DNA of 64,000 bases from contig MU271350.1 of assembly GCA_021432655.1 (NCBI GenBank), positions 1-64,000 of the forward strand, in the 5' to 3' direction. A program made the translations under genes and the position numbers. This DNA is from Atractiella rhizophila (taxonomy: Eukaryota). How positions within the stretch are numbered: the stretch's first letter is position 1; each line of letters starts with the position of its first letter. Shown one piece after another: positions 27,537 to 39,849 of this stretch. Below the pieces are notes generated by a model, which saw nothing but the letters and a program-made list of their open reading frames with translations, searched no databases and was not told where the DNA came from.

Positions 27537-27787
27537 TGATAAATGTAAAAGCGCTGCGAAGTGCGAGATAACACTGAATATGAATTGCATTCAGGATGTA
27601 AAGAAACTGCATTACCTGCGAAGTGCGAGATAACACTGAGTATGAATCTCGCACTTGCAGGTTTACAAGCTTTTTATAACAGAGAGATCCTGTTGCAAAA
27701 GATTGGCCACAGTTCCAGAAAGTGCTCAAGGGAAACTAAACGCACGAGTGCGCAAGTGGCAAAAGGAGGAGGCATACGATTCCGTCA
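27537..27787 (-). mobile_element. Solo LTR (family A, more diverged)
   Basis: TGAT..GTCA termini; TSD gtcga/gtcaa with one mismatch. Confidence 0.85.
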
Positions 27788-28025
27788 GTCAACACCTCCT
27801 ACAACCTAACTCCCTGTCTCTTCGTTGTCGGTTATAGCGGGTGTCTCCGACCCCTGGCTCCAAAAAATTCAATTTGGTCCGCCAACTTGAAGAACTTGAC
27901 ACATTTCATCGTCCGAACTTATCTGCACTAGGCACGGACGGTGTGTACCACCGTGTTCCTCAAGGAGCTCTGACCACTGGTTAGACATCTGCTTTTACAT
28001 ACTAGGAGTGCATACAACATTGGTA

Positions 28026-31000
28026 CTACCCCCACAAGCGGCGCGAATGATCTGATAACGAATCAAATTGGGCTGCAGAGCGTTTGACTTGATCGACAGG
28101 TCTGATATGTTCGGATGGTCTGCAATGAGAAGAAGAGCCAGCCAGAACTGAGGAAGGTGTGGCTGGTTTCGCAGGATTGGACGATATCGAGGAGGTCGAG
28201 GTTGAAGGGGATGGAGGACCGTTTCCGGACGTTGGTTGCTTCCCGATGAGCTGAGAATGTCGTTGGTGAGGAATATTGGGTTGAGATTGACTGAGTGCTG
28301 CGCTCAATCCAACCATCTGATCTGCACGCAGCTTCGTGATCACATCCTCGTTTGCCCGTTTCAAGACCACGAAATTCTTGTAATCAAACGTCCCAAAGTC
28401 GGTTGCTGAACCTGGATCTGCCTCTGCTCGCATACTTCTGGACATACGTTTCTTTGATCTGGCGACTGACGGGTTCATTGAAGTGTCTCCCGCCGGCATA
28501 TGCTCGCCAGTATCGATATGATTCACAACTCCAACATCCTCATCATCAGAATGCTTTCCAACAGCCCCTCTCGCGTCAAAGTAATCCGTCGACTCAGGAT
28601 CCATGACGTTCGGAATGAATGGTGCTTCTTGAGAGAGCAGATTCTCCCAATCAATACCGTTGAAGAATGGGTGGTCCTTAACCTCCTCCGGGCCATTCTT
28701 CCCAAACCGTCGTTTCGTGTCCGAACACATAAGTCGCTCCATTAGATCCTTCGCTTCGCTAGAAATCTCCAGCTCATCCTCATGCCAATCGATTCGACCT
28801 GCCAAAATCTTTTCAAAGACTTTCGCAGGAGTTGCAGCATGGAAAGGAGGTATGCCGTAAAGGAACCTGAAGAATATATCAGTAAATTAAACTCTTCGAC
28901 CACAGATGGTGAACGAACTCGTAAAGGATCACCCCCAACGCCCACTGAATCACCCTCAATCAGCAAACGTCTTGCCACCGAGCAAAGCAGAAAGGTACCC
29001 AATCTACACCCTCGTCTATACAATTACCTAAAATACTCTCTGGAGGGAGATAATCTGGACTTCCAACGATATGTTTGGACGACGTATTGGACCGCGATGG
29101 ATTGTTCGGATGAGATCGAAAAGCTGTGTTTATTCCTGCAACGAAAGAAATAATCGGACAGTCCGACACTCGAGGAATGCTCGTCGTCTTTGATCTACCC
29201 CCAGACCTCCTGCCGGACCGCCCTCCAGCCCCAGAGCTTTCTGGTTCAGTGGCGGCAGCGCAATCATCTATCGCTAGGAAATTGCTAAAGTACGATTCCA
29301 TAGATCCTGCAGCTGTAACAGGCTCAGAGCTTGGTGTGGAAAGATTCGAGGGGTTTATAGAGGTTGATCTTGATTGCTTGGGGTGGTGATATCGCCCTTT
29401 CCCACGCGTAGGATACAGACCACTGTGAATCCATGGTTGTCGTCCCAGTAAACCGATTCGACTGAGCCCAAAGTCAGTAAGTTTGAGATGTCCTTTGGAG
29501 TCAACGAGAAGGTTATCTGGCTTCAGGTCCCTATGCAATGAATTAGTAAAACTCAAACAAGATGTAGACGGAAGAAACCTATGGACGATACCCGAATTAT
29601 GAAGATACCCCAACCCCAAAGTAATCTCAGCAACATAAATCTGAGACCACTCCTCCGAGAAGCTACCGAGCATCTTCAAAAACGCAGCACAATCTCCACC
29701 ATTCAAGTACTCCATCACTAGGTACAAATAATCCTTGCTTTGGAAAGTGTAAAACAACCTTGCCACGAAGTCGGATTCAGCCTGGTTCATTAAGATCATC
29801 CGCTCTGCCTTGACGTTGGTGACTTGATTCTTTGCGATCATGTCTGACTTCTTCAGCACCTTGATCGCATAGTAATCCCCCGTAATTTTCTTCCTAGAAA
29901 GATACACACTTCCAAACGCTCCTTTCGAAATCGGTTTGATCACTTCGAAATCCTGGATCGATGATGCTTTCAATCTTGTTGAAGGAATGGGGGGTATGCG
30001 GAGCGAAAGTGGTACAGTTAGGGGGGTACCTACCATGGAAAACACTGGCTGAACAGGAGAGATGGCTGGTGAAGGCACGTGGGGTAGTGGGAGAGAAATA
30101 GGAGAGGGTCCACTGACACGACTCGGTTCGTTTAATGCTGGAGAAGTGTACTTTTGTTGATTGTAAAATGGGGAAGCGGGATGAGCAGTAACAGCACCGG
30201 AAGCGAATAATGGAGTTGATGGAGGCCTTGTCGGGGGCTGAGAGATTTCAGAGGTGTAGTTCTTGACCATTGCTTCCCATTCCTGTCGAATACGTTCCCC
30301 GTAGATAATAGTCTGACTATTCTCGCTACACGTCTCGTTATGCCTTTCGAAGAAATATGCTGGTATTTGACGTTCGCAGATTCGACATAAAACAGTACCA
30401 GGAGGGAAGTGAGTGAGGTCGAAGGAGGGTGCGACGAAGCTTAATGGACGGCGCGAAGGTGTTCGAGTACATCCTCCAGTCGGTAAAAGCTTCTTCTGGC
30501 CACACTCTCGTACAACCCACATGGTATGCGAATTATTACCTGAAATACGATCATGCATAAGCATACCCATCCCTTCCAACATCGCAAACAAAGTAGCGTC
30601 CGCTGTCTCCAAATCATCGTTCTCTGTCTCAGCTTTGAAGATAATGCGAAAGTGAGCTTCGACGGTGCGAGAATCGTCCTTTTCGAGCGCTCGTGTGGCT
30701 TGCTGGAAGACGTGTTTATCGCCTTCGTAAAGGAAATCAAAGATCGGACGTCCAATGCACACGTCAGGATCCAACCTGTAAATCTAATCAATACCAAAAA
30801 GCAAAAACGAAAGAAAAAAAACATGTACCCAGTTATCTCAAACCAGGTCGCAGACACATACTGAAGCACCTGTTCATCCAAACTCAACTCTAATACTAAT
30901 CTTCCACTTCTCGCCTGTTCGACTGCAGAATCCAAAGCATCAGCAGTAACAGGTCCGAACACTGGCGGAGGCATCTCGAAATCACCGGTAACATTAGTTT

Positions 31001-31061
31001 GTTCGTCCGCAATCGCAGCGTCCGTTCGTTCGAGTGGTAAAGCAGTCGTCGATGGTGCCAT
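28026..31061 (-). CDS. Rim15/Cek1-like (Greatwall-family) Ser/Thr kinase with PAS and C2HC finger, short C-terminus
   Basis: PAS-like N-terminus; CRICERQIPAYFFERHNETC; IKPISKGAFGSVYL; HRDLKPDN split by an intron; DFGLSRIG; micro-exon WALGVILYE; PFIP..ESTDYFD; DFGTFDYKN. Confidence 0.88.
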
Positions 31062-31771
31062 AGGGAAGAACTGTGTTTGGTCAAAACCTGCAGATGCAGA
31101 CGAATGTGGTGAATAAGCTGATGGACCTTGTTAAGGTTGAGCTTGTTGAGGAAATGACGTCAAATTAAGTGGCAAATTCGGATTCTTTCCTATGGTGCAG
31201 GACGCCTAGTCCCAACCTAAAATACGCAGTATGACTCATAGTGCTGCGGAGGTCCGAAATTTTTTGCCAATTTTTTTAGGTCAAATTTGGTGAATTTTGA
31301 GTCAAGAGAAGTGAGGATGACAGGCCAAATGTGCTGCAAGTCTTTCATCATGCATTGTTACAAATCATTATTCCAATTAATCTGCAAAATAATAATCATC
31401 CCTACTTGCTACCTTTTCGGGAACCCTACGATAAGAGTACTTTTTAACCTGATAAGATGCATCAACCACATTCTTCCCCTCTGAGTATGCTTGCATCCAT
31501 CTCAGGGTCCTTGTTCAAACTTCCGTATTGTGGACAGCTTGACAGACTTCAATACCGCAGGGATGGTCCTCTTCAGTCCTTCAAAGGTATAATCATACTT
31601 CTCTAACAAATCATTACTAACAGCAGCTCAAATGGCGGAAGACTTACCACGGCAATAGTACTTTATCCGACCCCCAAAAAAACTCAATATAATTGATCTC
31701 CCAATGAAATTTTGGAAGCATGATGGCATAATGACCAGCGGCTTCTACTGCTTCAATTACAGCACTTTTTT

Positions 31772-32038
31772 TGATAAAGATTACGAGCGGTGGGGCGAGC
31801 AGGACTGCAAGGTGCTGCAAGCTGCAAGACCAATCAAAACTCTCTTATTGTATGTTCTATATGAGAATGAAATACATACCTGCAAGGTGCGAGACCAATC
31901 AAAACTCTGGGTCTCACACTTGCAGGGGAAGTTATTTTATAGCATAAAAGCTGAGTAATAAGAAAAAGAAACCAAGAAAATATGACTTCGCACCAGCAAG
32001 AGAAAGGAGGGTGCATTTATGCTCCCGTGGCCCCATCA
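31772..32038 (-). mobile_element. Solo LTR of a related subfamily (B)
   Basis: TGAT..ATCA termini with ttttt on both flanks; same architecture as family A (internal direct repeat gaccaatcaaaactct, gtctcacacttgcagg, ttttatagc, gaaaggagg). Confidence 0.65.
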
Positions 32039-32229
32039 TTTTTGAGCTTGAAAATCTGGTTGAGCTGCCATCCACCGCTCTATCGTTCAGTTAGCAAAGC
32101 ACGAAAAGAAGGAAAGATTGAGATTACTTACAGGCACAACACTTGTTGTCATCATGATGCTCTGCTATTTTCTTGCAACAACCTCTCAGGCCATCAATCC
32201 AAAGCCCACGTTCCTTTAGTATCGTTTTA

Positions 32230-33500
32230 ATTCCTTTTGGGGTGCCATTGACATCAACCATAGGCTGTATAATCCTCAAACCATCTTTCTCATACCAGCC
32301 AGGCCGAAGTCTTGCTTAAACTCCTCCTTTAATTGAATAAGCTATTATTCCGATGTATCGATGAGCTAGCTGCCAGCTTTAACACCACTCCCAATGTTGT
32401 CCTCGCGCTTATATTTGCCGATGACGTCTCGTTCTATGAACAGTCAATTCAGCGCATCCAATGGCTACACTGGCGCTCAGTTGACTGGGCCCTAACGAAC
32501 GATATGCTGCTTAATATCCCAAAGTGTTGCCTTGTTGCCGCCTCGCCAGTTAGATCTCTCATTGACAGCACGGCTCTCCAGCAGGACGATACGTTTCTCT
32601 ATCTGGGGGACCTACTCCGGACTAGACTTGCAGGCATGTCTCCTGCACAAGGTCCAGAAGATGGATGCATTCTTGAAAAATCTTATGAGTTGGCACCCTC
32701 TAACTCGACTTACTGTTTATCGGACCTTTGTGTAGCCTATTAGTGACTATGTAGGGTGGACTAGTTTATTATTGGCTGCTTGCGAGCTGGGACACTTGGC
32801 CTCCTGTGAGGCCATGCTCCTCTACCTCCGCCTCATCAAGTCAGTGGTTTGCTGGGTGACAGGATTGCCCCTCATTAGGTGGAAAGTTGCCGCTTCAATT
32901 TCCGGCATCCTCCAACCTGCTGGGCACCTCCGCTACCTGGGTCTTGGTTTCAATCATCACCTTCGCAGCTCCTCCCCAGTTAACCCTGTTCACTCTTTGA
33001 TCACCTCTCCCTACTCTGGCTCAACCCTCTTATCCCACTGATCCAACATTGCCCACACTACAAGACTTATTTGGATGTGGTGGAGGCTGAGCGCGACCCT
33101 CGAGGGTCGCGCTCAGCATCCCAACGACATTCTCACTCTCCATATTCCTTCTTCATCTTCGTTGCTCCTACCTCCAGGATCCTTGTCAGCTGGGTTTTCT
33201 CGCTTCCAACATTTCGTCCTCTCAGCAGACCCCTACTTCCCTTCTTGACAAGGTACTACTTACAGAGGACTCTGCTGGATTGCAGGCTTGGGATTAGGTG
33301 GCGAGCTGGGACCTTTGGCTTCAATGGACGCTGCGCATGTGGTGTCCGTTTCCTCTCACATTCTCGTGGCTGTGTCCAGCACTTGGAGGAGGTACTTGGC
33401 TTTGTGGATCAGGACGGTTCAATGCTGGGCCAAGTTATGGTTACTCGCTTGCGGGGTCGGCATCGGAATGAATTAGAAGGGGATCAGCTGATGCTTTAGA
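32230..33500 (+). mobile_element. Non-LTR retrotransposon RT remnant, 5'-truncated and decayed
   Basis: LIFADDV, DWALTNDMLLNIPKC, FLYLG, C-terminal GRCACG. Confidence 0.65.
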
Positions 33501-34013
33501 TCTTCTTTTTGGGAGTGCAGTGTCTGCAGAACGGGGAATTGCTATTCAAACTCTTAAGAAATGGTACCTTTTCGTTCACCATCGTGTTTAACAATCTTTG
33601 TCCTCTTGCCCTTAACTATCCTTATATATAAAGCACAACAGGTTTTTAGTATGACTCATGTACTTTTGAGCACTTCTCTCACCACCCACAACAACCCTGC
33701 CAGTAATCTGAGCATACCATCAGAATACGCGGGTCGGCGCCTTTCGAACCGTATACAACAAAGCCTATTTGAAAGACAAAAAAAAAATTGTTGTCCTTAC
33801 TGACTCAATTGACTTCTTGGTCCACAACAACCCCATCAAAATTCTGAGCATACCACCAGAACACGCGTGTCAGCACCTTTCCAACCGTATAAAATAAAGC
33901 TTATTTAAAGGACAAAAAATAGTTGTCTTCCATGACTGAGTCAAGTGACTGACTTCGGCACTTTGACAAAAATTTCCTTACCTACTCAAATAAGCTAACA
34001 GGGTAAAGAGTTC

Positions 34014-34088
34014 GCGTGATGGTGTAGTTGGTGTATGGTTGGTGGTTGACTGATTGGTGCTGGTGTGGGTTCGAGTCTCATTCATGTT
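34014..34088 (+). pseudogene. tRNA-like sequence inside the Helitron 5' region
   Basis: A-box TGGTGTAGTTGG, B-box GGTTCGAGTC; T-arm gtggg/ctcat and acceptor gcgtga/tcatgt pair with G-U; anticodon arm degenerate. Confidence 0.5.
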
Positions 34089-34399
34089 GCATTTTGTCAC
34101 TGCCAAATCCTGTTGTGCGCAAACTGCGTGCACGCGATTTCTTGAGGGCTTTCTGTGATTTCTCAGGTCGTGCGCCAAAAACTGTTGTTGCCAACTATGA
34201 GGGAAAGTGAGCAAGCATTCATGCAAGTGAAACAGTTTCTTTCACCACAAATATGCTTCCTAACAGTCTACCCTAGTATCCCTGAGCCTGTTAGCATCAA
34301 ATCAAATCAAGCAAAAAAAGCATAGGTGTGTGGACTCTGGCTTATATATTCTTCACTCATATCATTTTGTTATGTGCAGCAAGCTACACTCTCATGCCA

Positions 34400-37300
34400 T
34401 GTGCAATTCAGAGAAATCAAACAAGAAATCGAGAGCGCCGATCCAAACGGCATCAATCTCTGCAGCAGGAGGCACCACTACACCACGGTCGACCTGTAAG
34501 AGAGAGGCGACGCCCTGCACGTTTTAATCCTACTCCACCTACTCCACCTCAACATGAGACAAGATCAACTAGGGCTCCACGTCAGTGTCAGCGGCGCCGT
34601 CGAAGCTCTTCACTATCTATATCGTCACGACCAGCTCGACGACATCGGAGACAGTGTTCACCCTCCCCTGAGGAGTACAGTGAAGAAGAAGCCCAATCAT
34701 ACCCATCCCTCCTGATCCTGATGGTGTGGACAGTGATGAGGATAGGGCATTAATCCCGTTGTTGCAAGGCGAAATAAGGTAACATCACTATCCTGCATTC
34801 AACTACTCACCTGATATGGATCTTGGGGCACACCACCTCTCTACTTGGGGATTACTTTGTACACATTGCAAAGCCTTTCATTGGATGGAAGAGAAGATCG
34901 TTAACAGCCCACAATGAAATCCAAAGTTTGCATTGTGCTGTCTCCATGGCAAGGTGCTGCTACCTGTTCCTCCGCCTCCGCCTGAAGAGCTACGAAAGCT
35001 TTTTACGTATCACATTACAACAGGTAAGTATTTCTATTCAATTTTTTGCATATACATATCTGAGAGGAACAATCAAAGGCATTTCGAGAGCATATCAGGG
35101 TATTCAATAATGCTTTTGCCTTTACATCCTTAGGCGTCCGCCAGGTATCAATTCCTGGACATGGTCCCTACTCCTTCAAAATTCAGGGAGAGCTGTGGCA
35201 CCTTATTGGCACTCTTTTACCACAACAAGAAGGGTGTGAAACATTTGCACAGGTCTACATTACAGATTCAGCTGTACAGACTGAACAAAGAGTTGGCAAC
35301 ACTTCAATATCACTCAATTGTAGGACGCTTGAAGACCTTAAGGCTATGCTCTTCCGTGTTAACCCATATCCCAGGATCTACAAATTTGCAAAAGAAAGAA
35401 TGGAACAGGATCCCACTACAACACTACATCTTCGCATAGTCGCCCCATGAGATAGGGACCCAAGACGCTACAACATTCCTGTAGCCAGTGAAGTTGCTGT
35501 AGTGATGGTAGGAGACGGTAACAGAGAAGAATATGGAGTGGCCGGAGATATTGTCATCCAGCTCAGGGCAACCAGGACCGGTAGCAACTTACAGCGTATC
35601 AATGAGCTCAACTCAAATTATCTTCCACTTCGTTTTCCACTTCTGTTTCCATATGGGGACCAAGGATGGCATACACAGATTCCATATCGAGACCTGCCTG
35701 CAGATCTTCCTCCTCGCGAGCGAGAGCACTTCAATGATGACGGCATGCAAGTTGGTAATTCTGGGGTTCGACAACGTGTCAGCCAAATGGAGTTCTATTC
35801 TTACATGTTGCATCAACGAAATGATATATTCTCACTCCCTCTCTATGGTGGTCGGCTACTGTAAGAATTGGTAGTCGATGCTGATGCTCAAATTGAGGCG
35901 AATCGACTCCGCTATCTGCGGTTCAATCAAGTCTATTCTTCGAGCCGAGGTATATCAAGGTCTTATGGATGCCCTTGCAGAAGGCTATTCTTTAGAAGAT
36001 ATCGGGAGGCGGTCAAGTTTCACTGGCGGTCCACGTTCAATGAATCAGCTGTTCCAGGATGCAATGAGTATAGTTGGTGCCAAAGGACCCCCAAATATCT
36101 TTACGACCTTCACTTGCAACCCACACTGGGTAGAGATCACAGAAGCCCTCCTACCAGGCCAAAACCAGAGGATCGACCAGATTTGGTTTCAAGGGTTTTT
36201 CGACTGAAGGCTCTGGAGTACATCAAGGATTTAGTGGTATGACAGATCTTTGGAAGGGTTATCGGATATGTCTGGGTCATTGAATTTCAGAAGAGAGGTC
36301 TACCACATGCCCACATCCTGTTGATTCTTCATCCTGAAGATCTTATCAGGGATGAGGCAGCCATTGATCGAGTAATTCAAGCAGAGCTGCCTGATCTAGA
36401 CAAGGACCCTGTATTATTTGAAATAGTCACCAAGCATATGCTACATGGCCCATGTGGTGAATATAATCCAGATGCACCTTGCATGGTCAATGGGAAGTGT
36501 GGCAAAGGGTATCCTAAGCCTTTTGTTGAGGAAACGAGAATCAACGATAATGGCTACCCTACCTATCGGCGGCGTAACGATGGCCGGGTTTTTCGCAAGA
36601 TGATACGTGGCCAAGAGTCTATATATGATAATCGATGGGTAGTGCTTTTTAATGCTTGGGTCCTGAGGAAGTTTCTGGCTCATATCAACACTGAGATCTG
36701 TATCTCAATTCATTCAGTCAAGTATATATTCAAATACGTATACAAAGGGACGGATAGAGCACAATTAGTCATAGAATCAGATTTCAGTGGAGCAAGAGAG
36801 CCAGTGGATGAGATTAAAGAGTACTTAGATGCACAATATGTGGGTGCTTCAGGAGGTTTGTTCAGTCCCTTCCTCAAAGGTTAAGGATTAAGTATGATTA
36901 TAGCATGCTGGCAGATTTTCCACTTCAAGCTTCATGATCACTCTCCAACTGTGATTTGACGGCGCATTCATCTTCCAAATCAACAGATGGTTATTTTTAA
37001 TGCAGATGATGGTCAACCTGAAGATATACTTTCATGAAGAAATGTCGGAAAAACAATGCTTAGCGAATTCTTCCAATTCTGCCGTGATTCTCCCCAGGTC
37101 TCCCAATCGTGGACCTATCCTCAAGCCCCTCGACATTTGGTCTGGCAGAGTAATTCAAAGTGCTGGAAGATACGTGAGAAAGGCGATGCTATTGGTCGGA
37201 TATTTTACATTGCGCCGTCACAAGGGGAGCTCTTTTATCTTCGACTACTTCTTCACAAGATCCCAAGTCCTAAATCTTTTGAGGACATTCGTACAATTGA

Positions 37301-39243
37301 TGCTCAAGTTTACGAAACATTTAAAGCAGCCTGTGTGGCATCAGGTCTACTGGAAAGTGACGAAGAATGGGATTTGTGTCTGCAAGATGCAAACGCAATC
37401 AAATGAGGATCAGCAATTCGTTCTCTTTTTGTCTACATTTTGGCCTTTGGAGTTGCAAGCGAACCATTACAACTGTTTCGAAGACACTATAACAAGCTCA
37501 ATGACGATTGTGCACATCTTCTGCAAACCGTTTATGGAATCGCTGCACCTTCTGAAGACCAGATCCGAGACTTATGCCGTATTGAGCTAGAGGACCTGCT
37601 ACATGGTCTAGGCAAGACACTAGAGGAGTATAGGTTGCCATTACCTGCTCACAGGTTTGCATGATGGGGTGGAGAGACAAGAATAATTGGAGAAGAGCTG
37701 GTACAACATTACGGAGTTAGAGCAACGTCTTGATAGGAATCTTCCTCTTATGAATGAGGATCAATGACACGTATACCATACAATCATCGAAGCCTGGCAG
37801 AATGGCACCGGAGGACTCTTCTTTCTTAATGGGCCTGGAGGAACTGGAAAGACTTTTGTTCAGAATCTTATACTGGCAAGAGTAAGGTCCTCCAAGAAGA
37901 TTGCACTAGGAGTAGCCTCTTTTGTAATTGTTGCTATTCTGCTTGAAGGTGGTCGTACTGCTCATACGCGATTCAAGATTCCCCTCAATGCAGATGCGCA
38001 ATCAGTTTGTGGTATTTCCGCTCAAAGTGATCAGGCAAGGCTATATGTCGAGGCAGAAATTATTCTGTGGGATGAAGCCATTATGAGTGATCGCCTCTCC
38101 GTCAGCTGTGTGGATCGGCTGGGACAGGACCTTAAAAAGGATTCAAGACCATTTGGAGGAACACTTATGGTTTTCTGTGGTATGATACTTCCCTTTAAGT
38201 AGTTCTTTATTAACATACTGTTCACAGGAGATGGCAGACAGTGTCTTCCGGTAGTGCCAAATGGAAGCCGAGCTCAGATTGTGGATGCCTGCATCATTAA
38301 TTCTTATTTCTGGCCGAATGTTCAAGTCCTGCCTTTGAAAACCAATATGCGCCTTCTTCGCGGCCAACAGGAAATGACACCAGCCGAATTTCAGCATGCG
38401 ACCAGATTTGCCCAGTGGCTCCTTGATGTTGGAAATGGTCTCACTGATAATCCATCAGACAATGGATGTAGAGCCTTAACGATACCAGATGGGTCTATTA
38501 TTCCATCCCATGAAGGACTAGCTGGTCTGTTGCACTCAATTTACGGACAACTAGGTTCTCTGCCAAATATCCCTGCTCTGAGCTTCCTTCAAGAATACTT
38601 CCGGGTTCATATGATTCTAGCAGCAAAGAATGTGGATGTGGATGGCATCAACGATCACTTGATTCAGTGGCTTGAATCCACAGGAGATCGGGTATATTAT
38701 AGTGCAGATCAAATTATAGATGACGAGGGAGATCTCAGAAATCGCTTCTCTGTTGAGTACCTGAATACCCTGGAGATCTCTGGATTCCCTTCACATCATT
38801 TACACCTCAAGATCGGTGCACCCATCATTCTTCTGTGAAATCTCAATCCATCTGCTGGCCTGTGCAATGGCACACGCCTCTAAGTCACTCAGCTTCTCCG
38901 GCGAGTCATCGAAGCAACCATCATTACAGGTGCACACAGTGGCGAATCAGTTCTCATTCCTCGAATTGGCATTGACAGTGTAGTATCAAACCAGCTTCCT
39001 TTTCAATTCTGGCGCTTTCAATTCCCTGTGCGCTTAGCGTTTGCCTTAACTCTGAATAAAGCGCAAGGACAATCTGTTGGACATGTGGGTTTGTACTTAG
39101 AGTCTCCTCCTTTCTCTCATGGGCAGCTTTATGTTGGTCTTTCACAGGTTTCAAATGCGAACAATTTACGAGTATTGGTCAAAACAAAGCAAGGAGAGGA
39201 AAACAAGCAAACAGATAATGTAGTTTACAAAGAAGTGTTATGA
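34400..39243 (+). pseudogene. Helitron Rep/PIF1 helicase
   Basis: CCLHGK; FTTFTCNPHW; RPDLVSRVF; HUH motif EFQKRGLPHAHIL; KYIFKYVYKG; GPGGTGKTF; KAQGQS; FSHGQLYV; many stops and frameshifts; start approximate. Confidence 0.92.
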
Positions 39244-39849
39244 GTACTCAATCACTGATCATCTCTCAGCATGTTCCTAACAGTATAGTCAAAAGCTGAA
39301 GTGGTTCTCCTCGTACCTCAGAGACCACTCAGCTTTTCATTGTTTTTTGAAGACAGTAGAGTACATATGGTGAGTCTGTGCTTGCCGAAGGGGAGGCCCC
39401 ACGCAGTGGCTGCCAGAGGCAAGAGCTCGACGCAGTGGCCGCCGGAGGCTGGGGTCCAAGGGGCGAAGCCCCTGGCGGAGGGGATGCCCGAGGGACGAGG
39501 GCACTGACACACTTGTTGTTTCCATAGTCTCTCAGAAATCAAGGTTTTAAACCCCCTGCAAGTGTTACTGCTAGACCCATGAATGTCATGGTACTCACTA
39601 GACTTGAACGTGTGAACGGACGCAGATGTATGTCATGAAATTTGAAAGTGGATATCCTTCCCTCTTTATTACTAAGAGTCGCCCTTCCCTGTCCAAGCTC
39701 TCAAGATCTCAAGTTGCACGCCGCAATAGATTTATAGTGGAATCTTTCCTCACAATTCCTCATATATTTGGGCCAAACATGAAGATATGTTGTTGTCAGT
39801 GGCACAAGTAGCTACTCTGATCAACTTGGGCATTTTTATTGTCCAGTTC

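Larger units (their letters stand above)
33619..39515 (+). mobile_element. Helitron, autonomous-type but inactivated
   Basis: A|TC start; hairpin tgcccgagggacgagggca at 39485-39503; 3' end CTGACACACTTG|T; Rep-helicase coding region; ~130-bp tandem duplication at ~33687-33955. Confidence 0.88.
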
